Positions 12,201 through 26,245 are shown, counted from the first letter of the stretch. The stretch is DNA of 64,000 bases from Gracilinanus agilis (GCF_016433145.1 NC_058131.1:611962698-612026697), one strand, 5' to 3'. Notes: generated by a model from the letters alone, not told the origin. Numbers and translations are program-made.

Positions 12201-13911
12201 TGCTCTTCCTTTGTCACTACAGAGGATCTTGGTTCAAATCCTGCCTCTTGATACTCCCTGTGTGACCTTAGGTAAGTCATTTGAACCTTGGTTTCCTCAT
12301 CTGCAAAATAAGATCATTGAAATAGATGGTCTTTGAAGTTCTTTCCAAGTCTAGCCTCATGATCTCGGCCCTCTGGCCTCTATTTCTGTACTCAACTCTT
12401 GCCAGTGCCCATTCCTCGTTTCTCCCCTTCGCCATTTCTGTTCCTTCTTCTGCTTCCCCTCCCCCTACCTTGGTTGAATTGAGGGGTCTCCCTCCTAGTT
12501 TCCCAGGGCCTCCCTTTGTCATTTCCTGCCATGCCCATCTGACAACCCAATCCAATAAGCCTTTACTAGGCACTTGCTTTCTAGAGCCGCAGGTTAGGCG
12601 CTGAGGGGTGAGATGGTATACACCACCATAAAAGAAATAGGGAACACGCCCCAAAATGGGGCAAGCCACGTGCTGAGGTGAGTCTGGAGAGTGGAGGGCA
12701 TTCCTGGCCTGCTCAAGCGGGACCCATGAAGGTGGCTTCCTTCCTGGAAGAGGTGACGCTCAAGTTCAGCCCTGAACACTTAAGTGGGAATTCCAAAAGG
12801 GCAGGAAAAAACCATGCCAGGATGGAGGAGGCCGTCTGAGCCCACTCTGGGAGGCTGGAAGCTCTGAGTGTGACCAGAAACTGGCCCCCTCAGGGGTTCT
12901 TCACCTCTTCTCAGTGTTTTAGGATCACACCCAGCATTACAAAGGGAAAGGATTACACCGAAGTATGTTTGCAGCATGTTTTTAAAACAAGTGCGTGGCC
13001 CCCGTTAACCCCGAACTAGGCGACAGACTCCTGGAGGAACGGGCAGAGCCGGCCCTCCGACGCTTGTCATTGACTGGTGTCTCAGGATCGGCCTCCATCC
13101 TCCCGGCTGCGCTGGCCTCGACAGTTTTCCTGAAGTTGGAGCGGCCCTGCCGGTTCTCCTGCCCCTTGGCCTGGGCCAGCCCCAAACGCCCCTTAGGAAG
13201 GTCGAAGTCCTCTCGTCTCCGGAGCCCAGTGACTCTCTGCCTCCTTCGGCCCCTGGCCCGAGCCTGATCCTTGGGAAACTGGGCGAGCGGGTGCGCGTGG
13301 AAGAGTGGGTGGTAATGAGGTGGCCGTGAGTGGCGGCGTGGGGGGAGGCTCACATTCACTCAGGCAGACTCATAGCTCTGTCAGACTGATTGGTCCTGAG
13401 CGGAGGCGCCAACGGCCCCCCGTGGACACACTGAGATTGGTTATAAAATTACAGGCATTTGTTCTGCTGTCAGGGCCCCTCCCTCCCTCACACACACTCT
13501 CTCTCTGCTTCCCCCACCTCCAGGGCTCTAAGCCTGGGCCTCGGGCTCCGGGGAACCATCTCAAGAAAGTGGGAGAAGGGCTGGGGGGTCCCGTCTGTCC
13601 ACGACCCGGGCTGTTGGGAAGGAATGGGGGGGGGGAACTTCCTGTTTCCTGTGGGTCACCTGAGGCTGGCCAGTCCCAGCGCCCTGCCCCGCCCCCAAGA
13701 CGGGAAGCCTCGTAGCCTCCAGATCGCCCGAGCAAGGTTTCTTGCTAAGCCTTGAGCCAGGGACCCTGGAGGGAGGAGGAAGAGACCCAGCGTGGGGACT
13801 ATTTGGATCCCTACCTCATGCTTCCCTGTTCTTGGCTACACAGTCAACCCAGAGAGAGAAGTCACACAGACTCAAAGGCAAAAATTTTAAAGGGGTGGGG
13901 GAGTTGGGGGG

Positions 13912-14110
13912 GCGCGACTGGGTGGCTCAGTGGATGGAGAGCCAGGCCTAGAGATGGAGGTCCTGAATTCAAATGTGGCCTCCTACGCTTCCCAGCTGTG
14001 TGACCCTGGGCAAGTCATTTGACCCCCATTGCCTACCCTTATTATTCTTCTGCCTTGGAATCAATACATATTGATCCTAAGGCAAATGGTGAGGGTTTTA
14101 AACAAATGAA
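13912..14110 (+). mobile_element. Marsupial CORE-SINE
   Basis: GGGTGGCTCAGTGGATGGAGAGCCAGG...TGTGTGACCCTGGGCAAGTCA...TCTGCCTTGGAATCAATAC. Confidence 0.85.
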
Positions 14111-14759
14111 AAAAGGTATTTAAAGAGGTAGAATGTATAGTAGAACCCTGCCCCTAGTGCATGGGACTCTGGGTAAGTGACTTCAGGAGAAGGCTTACAA
14201 TTCCTATAAAAAATGAGAATAAACAACTAAGGAAAGGAAACAGGCCTCAGTTCCTCCTGCCTGGGGGTTCTGACTCCACATTGGGAGTGTTTTCCACTGT
14301 AAATCTTGTTCAGGCTCAAAGCCTAATCAGGGAAAGAGGGAGGATGTTCCCTTGAGGCAGACCTGGTCTGTGATACCCCTGATTGGCATCTTCCAGAAAC
14401 AGAGGGGTCTCTGGGGGTCATGGGTGGAGTGGGGGGGGGTGATCTCCCCACCCCTTCTGCTATCTGAGCTAACCTTCCTGTCATTCATCATCCATTCCCA
14501 GCTCAGAATTTATTTGCTGTAATTACATCTTTAATTAGAGCTTTAATGGCTCATTGTTCACCAACAATGATGAATTTGTAGCTTCCTTCCCTGCTTCCTC
14601 TACACCCCTCCAAAGGGCAGTGAGGGTCCCCCTCCCCACAGAGGAGAAGAAGGCCGACAATGAGCACCATGTCCGGCATTCCCTTCTCTTTAGGGACTAT
14701 GTTATTGTGGATAGGCATTGTCTCAGTACTCAAGTCGGTGTCCCCTCAAACTCCCCATT

Positions 14760-15380
14760 CCCAGTTCACCAACCCAGAGTGTGGCTGTACTAGACTAGGA
14801 AGGAGGAAGCAATCTTTTGTCAGCTCTCTTCTCCCCAATTCTACAATTCAAATCTCATCCCCCATGAACCTGCGTTTTTCCTCCTTCTTGCCAATGTTAA
14901 CCCCAATACTTGTACCCTTGATCTCATCCAATCCTATCTTCTCTAGGAATTTGCCCTTATAATATCCCTTCTTTCTGCTCTTCAGCCTCTTTATCCACTG
15001 GCTTCTTCCCCAGTAACTAAGGCTGCCCACATATCCCCACTTTGGAAAAAAAAAAAAACTTGATCCTGGTATTTCCTGAAACTACCCTCATCTATTCTTT
15101 CACAGTTAAACCGTGTGCGCGCACGCGCATGCGTACACTTAATAACTACACTTCCTCACATGCTGTTCATTGGAAACTGCTGTATCCAGGGTTACTCCTT
15201 AATCTCTTAATTGTGAAATTGAATGTATTTCCTCAGTCCTCATCCTGGACCTCTCTGGAACATTTCATGCCTTTGGCCAGCCCCTCGTCCTGGATTCTCT
15301 CTTCTCTCTGAGTTTTCATGATAATGCTTTCTCCAGGTTGTCCTCCCTAGGTCTGACTATTCATTCTCAGTCTCCCTTCC
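14760..15380 (+). mobile_element. L2 LINE remnant
   Basis: C/T-rich L2-like ORF2 pattern (CCTCATCCTGGACCTCTCTG...CATTT). Confidence 0.55.
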
Positions 15381-15497
15381 CCCTCTATACAAGGTTAGAC
15401 TCCAGGTCTTTACATGTATGAATTGAATTCACTATTTGTCAAAGGTAAACCTTAGTCACAAAGAGCCATCTGGCTTAAACAAGAACCTGACCTAGCA

Positions 15498-18060
15498 GGG
15501 AGGCAAAGCCAAGATGGCAGCGTGGCAGGAAGAAGTACAATTGGCTTTCCATCTCTCTTCAAAACTTCTCCAAATAGAGCTAGAAAATACACTAGACCAA
15601 ATCCAAAGGGAGAAATAGAAGAAAGAGTCACAGTGAGTCATTTTTCCAACCCAAGTCAGCATAGGAGAAGAGACAAATATGTCTATGGAAACTGGGGAGG
15701 TTTCCATCATGGAAGGACCAAAAGATAATGAAGGCAAAGCCCCTGAGATTCCATCAGGAGCAGGTACACAGGGTGCAGAAACATATGCCAACTGGCATCT
15801 GTCCCTTATTCCCCAGTTCTGAGACTGAGAAGAGAACCTGTGCATTGGGCTAACATTCCAGGTTAAGGAGTAGTTATAGGTCTAGCCTGTGTATTGAGCA
15901 AGGAACAAATCCAGAAGCAAACAACAACTGTGTGGCTGTAGCCCCAGAAGTGCTGGGGGCTCAGCTCCAACTTCTAGCCCAATCTGAATCCTGCAGAGGA
16001 ATAACCAGAGCAAGAACCCCAGAACAAAGGGCAGCCTACAGTCCTGTCACCATAAACAAGCAGAGCTTTCTAGCTGGCTATGATAGTGGCTGAGCCCTGG
16101 GACCTGCAGGTTACTAGTAACTCCAAAGGAAGCGATTCCATAGGCCTTTTGCTCAGATTCAAACCTAGGACAGTAACTTGAAGCACCCAGACTAGGGGAG
16201 CGAGTCAGACTTTGCCCTAAACGGACCTCTTTGGAAGCACTAAAAATGTGCAAGTCTCCATTATGAGCTGTCCCTGAAATCATTAAAAAAAAAAAACAAC
16301 ACACACAACACTCAATAATAGGGCCAGCCCACTCTGTCCAAAAGCACATAAGTCTGGCCCAAAGAGAGTGGAAAATCAGGAAATAGACTGGAAGAAGGGG
16401 GCGGAGGGACACAAGAATCTCAGTATAAAAAGCAATTATGGTAAAAGGCATGGTCAAGACACAATCCCAGAAGAAAATGACTCCAAAATATCCAGATGCA
16501 AAGCCTCAAAGTAAAACATAGCTTGGAGAAATTTTTCTAATAGAATCCCTGGAAGAGATGAAGAGTTGTTGAAGAGTTATAAATGTTTTTGATGAAATAA
16601 GAGTGTTAGAAGGAAAAAATGGAAAAGAAATGAGAGTTATGGAAGAAAGAACTGGAAAGGGAATTAACAACTTAGCACAAGAGGAACAAAACCTTGTCCA
16701 ATCAACAAACAGAATTAGAATGAACTAAATAGAAACCAATGTCTCCATGACATAATGAGAAATATTGAAACAAAGCCAAGAACTATTTAAAAAGAAGAAA
16801 ATATAAATTGTCTTGTAGCAAAAAAATTAACCTAGAAAACAGGTCAAGGAGGGAAAATTTAAGAATCTTTGCAATACCCAAAAACCATAATAAAAATATA
16901 TATATAAAGCCTATACATTATATCTCAAAAAAAAAAAAAAAAACAACTGCCCAGATCCCAGAATCAGAGGTCAAAGTAGACATAGAAATAATCTACTGGT
17001 CACTTCCTGAAAGAAATCCCAAAATAAGAACTCCTAGGAGCTTGATAGCTAAAATATAGATCCTTCAAGTCAAAGAAACATATTACTAGAATATAGAAAG
17101 AGTTCAAATACAGAGGAGTCCTAATAAGGAATATGTTATTTAGCAACCATCATCCTAAAGGAGTGGAAAGCTTGGAATACAATATTCTAAAAGGCAAAGG
17201 CTTTGGACAACAATAATTTACCCAGAAAAATGGAATATAATGGGGGTGGGGGGGGAGCAGCTAGGTAGCACAGTGGATAAAGCACACCAGGTCTGGAGTT
17301 GAGAGGACTTGGGTTCAAATTTGTCTGTGGACCCCTAGCCACTTAACCCCAAATGCCTTTATATACCTCTTTTCTGCTTTGGAAGAGATATTTAGTATCA
17401 ATTCTAAGAAAGAAGATAAGAGGTTTTTTTTTTAACTGCACATAATGTTACAGGAGGAAAATGGATCTTAAATGAAATACAGTATTCCTCAGCATTCCTG
17501 ATGAGAAGGCTGGAACTCTGTAGAATCTTTGATGTGCAAACATAGGAATCAAGAGAAACAAAAATTATCATCAAAGATTATAAGGGGAATCTGATAAGGG
17601 TAATATACAGGGGGACAAGGAAAAGGAAATTCTCTCACATAATCAAGATGTCCAAGAAGAAATCTATACAAACAAAGAGGAGGGTCTCAAGGGGAATGGC
17701 TGGCTTTGGAATTTCACTTTCATCAGAACTGATCAAAGGAGAGAAGAATACACATACATACACACAGTTGGATCTAGAAATATGCTACACTCAACAGGGA
17801 AATAGGGAACCTAGAGAAGAAAGAATTGGAGAAAAGTTAGACTAAGGAAGGGGCTTATTCCCAAGCAAAACAAACTCCAAGAATGTGCAAAAATATTTCT
17901 AGTTCATTAGAGGTGACAAAGAATGAGAATCTGATAAGCGTGCCCATCAAACTGGAGAGTGGCTAAACTAATGTGGTATATGTGGTGGAATACTGTTCTG
18001 CTATAAGAAATGATGAAGGAGATATTTTCTTTGTAACCTGCAAAGACTTTATGAACTGAT
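15498..18060 (+). mobile_element. Decayed L1 with 5'UTR, ORF1 remnants and 3' piece, interrupted by a SINE at about 17255-17430
   Basis: 5' end GGAGGCAAAGCCAAGATGGC; ORF1-like ENRSRRENLRI...PE; L1 3' motif AAACTAATGTGGTATATG...GAACTGATGCAGAG. Confidence 0.75.
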
Positions 18061-18384
18061 GCAGAGGTTGGGTTTGTTTGTTTGTTTTTAACTCTTACCT
18101 TCTGTCTTAGAATCATTTTAAGTATTGGTTCCAAAGCAGAAGAGCAGTAAAGGCTAGGTAAGGAGAATTAAGTGATTCGCCCAGAGTCATGGAGCTAGGA
18201 AATGTCTGGTCAAATTTGAACCCAGGACCTCCTGACTCCAGGTCTAAGCCTCCCCTGAACCACCTAGTAGCCCCTTTAGCCTAGATTCAAGTACAGAAGG
18301 GAAGTTTTTTTTCTTTTTTAAGAACATGTATTGGTAGATTAATCTTAATGCTTTTGACAAGATACTGAACTGGAAGAACAGGGG

Positions 18385-19260
18385 GATGCTGTCTACACCT
18401 TTTCTTAATCAATGACTTAGATAAAGGCAAAGCTAGCATGCTTATCAGATTTACAGATGACACTAAGCTAGGAGGGATAACTCGCCATGAATAACAGTCA
18501 AGAACCAAAAAGCACTGTATAGGGCTAGAATAGTGGGTCAATTCTAATAAAATGGAATTTAATATCAGAACAAATATCAAGTCCAAAATTACTTCACCAG
18601 CGTAAGATGGGGAAGGTTTGATTAGACAAAAATTCAGAAACGAACTGCAGAGTTTAGTGGATGGTACTCTCGACATAAGTTTAACAGAATGAGATGACAG
18701 ACAAAACAAGTGAATGAGATCTGCTGCTACTTTAAGAAAGCTATAGCTCCTAGGAATAAAAGGAGGCAATGGGCCTGCATTCTACCCTTAGGAGACCACA
18801 TCTGGAGTACTGTGTTCAGTTCTAGGTCCTAGCTGCAAGGGAACAAGCAGAAAGGTGAAAAGCTCTAAGTCCAAGCCTTGGGGACTAATGTAAGGAATTG
18901 GGTATGTTTAGCCCAGAGAAGAGGAGATTAATGGGGATGGAGAACATGTTGGCTATCTTCAAATATTTGAAGAACTATTGTATAGAAAAGAAATTAGACT
19001 AGCTTTGTTTGGCCAGAGAAACTGGAAAGAGTAGTTGGAAGTTCCAAAGATACAAATATAGGCTTGATATCAGGAGAAACTGTTCACCAATTAACACCAT
19101 TCCAAACTGGAGTGGGGCTAGTCAGGAAGAAAGCAGTAGGTTCCACCTCACTGGAAGGCTCATTCCGAGGCTGAATGAGCACTTATGGGACTTGACGTAC
19201 TTTGGAAAGTATGGCTTGGCTCAAAATGGTCACTGAGGTCCCTCTGAACCCTAAAATCTG
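18385..19260 (+). mobile_element. CR1/L3 LINE remnant (RT end and 3' end)
   Basis: ATCAATGACTTAGAT...AGATTTACAGATGACACTAAGCTAGG (INDLD...FxDDTKLG); ends GAGGTCCCTCTGAACCCTAAAATCTG. Confidence 0.8.
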
Positions 19261-22200
19261 GTGATTCCATTATTCTTCCCCTGGAATAGACTCTAGGGAG
19301 GTGGAGGAAAGGAAACAGGTGGAACTTGGGGCCAAGGATGCTATGAGAGTTTGGGCGTGGGACCTGCTTAGTATCTGATACTAGCCTTCCCCTCCCCTGC
19401 AAAGGAACCTGCCTATCTCACATTAGCCACCAGATGTCTCCATATAACACAGCTTGCAGTTAGGGCAGGTCTCGGGGTCTGACAAACCCATCTGGATTTG
19501 GGGCAGAAACTGAACACGCACCTCCTCCCCCCTAGAGCGAGCAGGTGATTGGACAGATAGAACAGACACAGGGTCAGACAGCTCAGCTGATCCCTGGCTC
19601 CCTCCAGGAGAGCAGCCTCAGCTCCAAACGTCTTGAAATCTGCCTGAGTCAAGCACTAACAAGGAAGCCTCAGCCTCTCCTACACTTGGGGGCCTGCTCA
19701 TAGCCACATTCTAGTTCCAGCGTGGAGATATTTTTCGGTCCTGATTTTGCCATCCCACATGCTAGCCACCTCTGCTCGCTTAAAGTAATCTGCCAATCTG
19801 ATGAGCCTGCTTTCTGTAGCCAAAGCACTCTGAAAACTTTGAAGCACTACATAAGATGTTTACCATTATTACTAGTGATTTCAAATGGTAAGTGGTAAGT
19901 AGTCCAGGACCAAGGACAGGACCCCCAGGCTCTACCTTTCCAAATTAATAGTGGTCCAGTAATTACTACTCTTTGTTCTGATGAATCAAGCTGCTCCAAA
20001 TCCACCCAATTCCGTTATTGTCTAGCCCTCCTATCTCTGTCCCAACCTGAGGAAGTTCTGAGATGTTGTCTCTTGGATAGGTTAGGAAACAACAACAAAA
20101 ACTAAACCATGAGGTCTTCATCCAAGAACATCTTGGGGCCCCATGAGAGAAAGGCTGAATCTCCTCCCCCAAGGTATACACTCTTCAGTCTTTGCCCACT
20201 TCTAATATTCACTCCCTCCAGGAGGAAAAGGTAATAGAGGGATAGGAGATCCAAGTCAATGTACTGGGGAGGGAGAGAGCTCAGAGAATTAGTGAGAGGA
20301 GGACAGAAGCAAAGAAATGAAGATTGGCCCCACTCCTGGGTAGGTGGCTCAAAAAAGTCAAAGACAAAAAGGGGGGGGGGAATATATATATATATATATC
20401 AAGATATTAGTGGCAGGGGAAAAAAAGACTAAAAGGCCAAGAAGGTGCCTGCTGGGAAACAAGTGAAGAAATTGTGGTCCAAGAATATAGTGGAATATTC
20501 TTTCACCAAGAAGTTACAAGCATGAGAAACCCATAGAAACATGATGGAACCTATATGAACTGATGCAGAGCAAAGTAAAAACACCACATTCAAGTACTGT
20601 TATACTATAAAAAAGAACACCAAAATGGCCAAAGAACTAGGAATCAGCGCAGTGAGCAGACCTCTACTACTGTGCGCTCTCTGTGGGCTCAGACTGCCTC
20701 CTTTGACTCAGAACCCCTAGCTTCATCCAGGACCCTTTACGTAGTTAATGCTGGTGACTATGGAATGACCAGAGGTTTACTCATACTTTCCAGTCTTGGT
20801 GCAATTGAACAGGAGGATGAGAGAAAGGGAAACACATTAACTGAAGTTGGGGAGAAAGAGTGAGGAGAAATTTCCCATTGGAGGTAGAACTTGTACTTTG
20901 AAGGGTAGGATCAGCACAGAACAATTCTGGAAACCACATCTTAAGAAGGACAAGCTGGAACTGTTTATTTGAAGGGGGCAGCAGAATGGGGGGAACAGTT
21001 CATAACTGCCATAAGAAGATCAGATTTTCAGAATTAGGGACATTTATTCCGGAGAAGAGAAGAACCAATAGAATATGTGATCACTGTCTTCAGAGAATTT
21101 TATAGAATGAACTTTTCCCATTGATCTCAGCCACACTGATGGGCTCAATTCTCATCTCTACAAAGATGGCTCATGAAGCAGTAAATGCCACCCAAATCCC
21201 ATATCACCAAGAGTGTGATACACATCTCAATCCCACCTTGTCTACAAAAGAACTCAGCACTTCTCAATTAAACCTGCTTCTCCTACAATAGCCCTCCTTC
21301 CTTCCAGGGCACCATCATCTTTCCAAGCTCCTAGGTTCATAATCTCCATGTCAGCCTATACTCTTTCCTCGCCTTCCCCTTCCTTTCCCAATCCATTGTC
21401 AAATCCTGAAGATTCTACTTCATCATTCTTTCCAAGAGCAGCTAAGTGGAACAGTAGATAAAGACCTGGGAGTCAGAAAGACCCAAGTTCAAATTTTTCC
21501 TCAGACACTTTCAAGCTGTGTGACCCTGGGCAAGTCTACCTCAGTTTCTTCAACTGCAAAATGGGAATACCTACCTCTCAGAGTTGTTGTGAACATAAAG
21601 GAGATAAAATTTTTAAAATATTTAGCACAATAGTATATAATTTATACTATTATCTTATATATTATATAAAAAGTATATAATATAAGCACAATAATAGGTG
21701 CTTAATAAATGCTTGTTTACCTCCTTTTTTTTTAAACCTTCACCTTCCATCTTGGAATCAATACTGTGTATTGGTTCCAAGGCAGAAGAGTGGTGAGGGT
21801 TAGGCAAAGGGGGTTAAGTGACTTGCCCAGGGTCACATAGCTAGAATCTCAGAATCCTTCAAGCCTTAGCTCAAATGTCACCTCCTCCTTGAAGCCTTCT
21901 TTGTCCCCTCGAGTTCTTAGTACTCTCTCTCCCTCCTAAATTATGTACCAGCTCATATCCCCTAGTACAAATGTCTTTAATATAGGGTCCAGGTCTGTGA
22001 AGAGAATTTAGGATTCTGTGAACTTGGATGGAGAAAAAAAAATACCATCTTTTTTTACTAACCTTTTTTGTGATTCCTTGTGATTTATTTAAAAACTCAG
22101 GGTGGGGTTCCTGAAGAAAAGCATTTTGGGATATCAAAAGCTCTAGTCCTGCGGCTCACATTGAAGATCATTCTTCCCACTGCAGTGGTTGGCTGGAGGT

Positions 22201-24049
22201 TGATTCTTCCCACTCTGATTGGCTAACTCATTCCTGAACATCCATTTTCGGAAAGCTTCAAGACCAGCCTTTAATTTCTCTTCTGTTTATTTCTTGCCAG
22301 GCTTCATTCCTAACTCTTCTGGCCCTTCTTCCGGAGCCCATACCCCAAGCAATTCTATGTTATCTTCCCCCATTCAAATGCAAGCTCCTCAAGGACAGGA
22401 ACTGTCTTTCTTTCTACTTGTATTTATATTCCAGAGCTTAGTAGCATGCCTGGAATGTTATTACATTTGTTGTATTTAATGTTATTACATATTGATCTGA
22501 TGGACACAATGACCAAATATGATTCCAAAGGACTTGGTAATGAAACATGCTATTCACCTCACAGAGGAGTGATGGATTCAAAGAATAGATGGAAACACTT
22601 TCTTCCTTCCTTCCTTTTCTTCCTTCCTTCCTTCCTTTCTCTCAAAACAAAATGGGAATTTGATTTGCATGACAACATATTTATGAGAAGCTTTTTTTTT
22701 TGTCATCTCAATGGAAGGGAAAGAGGGAGAAGAGAGAGAGAAATTTGGAACTGAAAATTAAATCAAAGTTTAAAGAAATACTTGTTAACTGACACCAACA
22801 TTATTGTCCTTGGGTTTCACCAGACTGCCAAAGAGATCCATGATGCAAAAAAAAAAAAAGAGAGAGAGAGAGAGAAAGAGTTCAGAACCTCTGACCCAGT
22901 AGCCTGTAAGCTTGGAGGAAAGTCTTTCTTTTCTGATTATGTTCCCACAGTGCCTTGCACATAGTTGTGGTTTAATGTTTGTTGAATTGAATAGAATTAT
23001 GGAATTCACAGAGAGACAAATTTCTGTTCCAATATAAAGAATTCTAGTTTGATACCCCAAGGAAGTCAACGATAAGAATAAAGGCCCCATTTGCACCAAA
23101 ACACCTCATTTTTTGTAGTAGCAAAGAAATGGAAAAAGAAAGATGGGGGAATGGATGAACAAGTTATGGTTTGTGAAATGGAATGGAATATCATTCCATA
23201 AGAAATGCTGTAAATGATGACTACAGATATCAGCCAGGTTTCATAGGCTTCCTATCCAGAAGAGCCCTGTAACAGAGATTAAAAAAAACATCTCTTTCAG
23301 TCTTTCTTGATAGCCCAGAATTCACCAGTTGGTGACATGTTTGGAACTCAGCCTTCTGAAACTGTATCTTGGAATCTCTTGGGAGAGAGAAACCAGAAGC
23401 TGTAACTAACAGTCATGTTGATTACTCACTATGTGGGAGGAAGCACAGACAGGATCAAATGGAACCCCCAATTTCTAGGTGCCCAGCTCCTTTGACCATT
23501 CCTCTTCAATTCAATGAGCTTCAGATGTAGGCAATACAAATCAGAAGATAAGTGACCCTCCCCTAATCACGGCAACAAAAAACAAACAACACACACACAT
23601 AAAATAAAAACCCACCTGATGCAGTGGGTATACATGGTGATGCACAGAGCAGCTTGCCATTTCCTCTCTCTTGTTAAATTAAAACTTGTATCTTTGCTAA
23701 GTTGTTGAACAATTTATTTTCCCTTTGGAAGGAGATGCTGATTGAGTCTTAGATCACACTGTCAATTTCCTCCCCATCAAACTCCTCCTTTGCTCACTGT
23801 CCTTTCATTGTTATTATTTTGTCCTTTCTCCTTTATAAAAAAATAAAATTTGGCAGTTGCTAAATCCTTTTCTGGTGTGCTTAATGCTGGCACAGGTCAA
23901 GATCTGGAGAGAATCTCTATAAAGGGACAAGACACATTCTCATTTCGGTGAGACAGAGGCAGGAGGGCAGGAAGAATCAACAGGCTCCTTTCAGATTGTA
24001 AGTCCTTGAAGGCAGACTGTCTTTTTCTGGCACACAGTAGGCACTCAAT

Positions 24050-24640
24050 TGATGTTTATTGAATTGAAAATCCAAAATGTAAAGGAGAGACTCATTGAAA
24101 TACCCGTAGTTGCCCCTCAGATAGGGAATGGCTGAACAAGTTGTGGTATGTGATTGTGATAAACTACTATTGTTCTATAAGAAATGATGAACAAGATGGT
24201 TTCAAAAAAAGCTAGGAAGACTTATATGAACAGATGCAAAGTGAAAACAGAACCAGGGGAACACTATACATAGTAAAAGCAATCTTGTACAAAGATCAAC
24301 TGTGAATGACAGCTATTCTCAGCAAAATAATGATCCAAGACAATTGATGAAGTCTGAATGGAAGCATTTTTTTTTTGCCTTATTTTTCTTTTTTTTGGTC
24401 TCTGTTTTCTTTGGCAACATGAGTAATATGGAAATATATTTTGCATGATTGCACATGTGTAATCCATATCAAATAAGCAATTTTTGAGAAATTTTGAGAA
24501 AGCAAGCAGCTTTTACAAGGAAGGGAGAAGGGAAAGAGAAAATTTGAAACTCAAAAACTTTTAAATGAATGTCGAAAATTGCTTTTACATGTAATTAGAA
24601 AAAATGTAAAAAACAAAAAATTTTTAAATAAAAAAATAAT
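24050..24640 (+). mobile_element. L1 3' fragment
   Basis: GGGAATGGCTGAACAAGTTGTGGTAT...TATGAACAGATGCAAAGTGAA and 3'UTR. Confidence 0.8.
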
Positions 24641-24674
24641 ACCCCTGAGCAAATGCAAATTTCTATTAACATGG

Positions 24675-24880
24675 ATATGTGATGGTAAATGTATAACAAC
24701 CAGGATTCACAAAAAGATGTAGGTGCCGCATACTTTTAAGTTTAATCTGCATTATTAACATCTTCTCCATCACTTTCTTAAGTCTACATAATCAACAAAA
24801 CAATAAATCAAACCCTGATTTATAGTGTTTGCCTATTTCCAAGGAGTAAATGCTCACACTGAGAATTTAACAAGGAGCTC
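24675..24880 (+). mobile_element. MER63-like hAT DNA transposon remnant
   Basis: GGTAAATGTATAACAACC...AAGTTTAATCTGCATTATTAACA...CAACAAAACAATAAATCAAACCCTGATTT. Confidence 0.7.
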
Positions 24881-24985
24881 TTGAGCACCCCCCTTCATAA
24901 AGAGAAGAGTCTATAAGCAGAGATTAGTAACATAGATATAATACATATCTGTATATATAATATATACTTTTACATATGTATATAT

Positions 24986-25019
<34 letters not shown>

Positions 25020-25489
25020 ATGCACCTTCATATGGATACCCTGACCACCTAGATCTAGTAGACATAAACCTTTAAGGCTAGAGTGAGTCAAGCCCAGGAA
25101 AGAAGAATCTGTGCTATGTAAGGGGTGCCTTCCCACTAAATTCCTTGATATAAAAGAAACATTCCTTAAATTCCTTATCTAGAGGGTGTTTGCCTAGCCC
25201 GAGACCACCTCCTTCCATCCAAGTAGTGGTGAAACAGCTTTTAAAGGGAAACCTTCTCCCCTGCCCAGTGCTACCCTTTCAAGAAGCATGAGAAGAAATC
25301 TATGAACTGATTCAAAGTGAAGTAAGCAGAGTCCAGGAAGACAATCTATACAATGACTACAGCAACATAAAAGGCAAAAAATAATAACAAAACACTGGAA
25401 ACTGGAAGCGGTGCAATTATAAGGACCACAAAGAAAGGAACCTGCCTCCCTTCTGTGGAGGGGTGAGGAGCTGCTCTGGTCTGTGCCTG

Positions 25490-25900
25490 CCTCAGCTGAC
25501 TCCGTGGTAGTTTAGGACCAATAATGGAATGAAATGAGGCACTTGTTGGTCATTTCCCAGTTAACCAAAGGAGACTTGCTTAGCCATAGCAGAAAGCCAT
25601 TAAACAACGATGTTCAGTGAGGGCAGCAGACGCAGCTTTATTGGGTTCATCAAGATGCCGTTCCAGGGTCAGATGCCTGAGAAATAGGGCCCGAAACCTT
25701 TTGTACTCGGACAAACAAACAGAAAGCCAATTCAAGGACCTGAGCCCGTCCCGCTAGCCAGTCAGGCCTCAAGAAAACACTTGATTGGCTGAAGGATTTG
25801 ACTTCATTCTTTTCTAGCCTTACTCAATGTGAGGAAGGGCTTTTGGAAACATGCAGCCTACGTGGCAGGATCCTAGGAAATATTGTTCCTGTGACGGCGT
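25490..25900 (-). mobile_element. Possible solo ERV LTR
   Basis: On minus strand CCAAT, TATA-like GTACAAAAG, then AATAAAG in LTR order; relatively CpG-rich. Confidence 0.4.
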
Positions 25901-25999
25901 TTGGCTAGATGGCCTCTGGGGTGCTTTCCAGTGCTAGAGACAAGCCTGGAAACTATGAAACAAGAACTCTGAATCTGTTTGGAAGACCCAAGTGCAAAA

Positions 26000-26245
26000 G
26001 AGGTACATTGGAAATGTGGCCCACGCCAAGGATGGGTGGATCAGAAAGACTCCTCTTTCTGAGTTCAAATCTGGCCTCAGTTACTAGATGTGTTTCCCTG
26101 GGCAAGTCACTTAACCTTGTTTGCCTCAGTCTCCTCATCTGTAAAATGAGCTGGAGAAGGAAATGGCAAACCACTCCAGTATCTCTACCAAGAAAACCTC
26201 AAAAGGGATCATGGAGAGTCAGCCATGTTGAAACAACCGAATGGC
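26000..26245 (+). mobile_element. MAR1-like SINE
   Basis: TGAGTTCAAATCTGGCCTCAG...GAGCTGGAGAAGGAAATGGCAAACCACTCCAGTATC. Confidence 0.85.

Noticed and set aside
12982-13755. Cluster of 90-136 aa ORFs on both strands
   Set aside because: Explained by GC content; no exon structure found.
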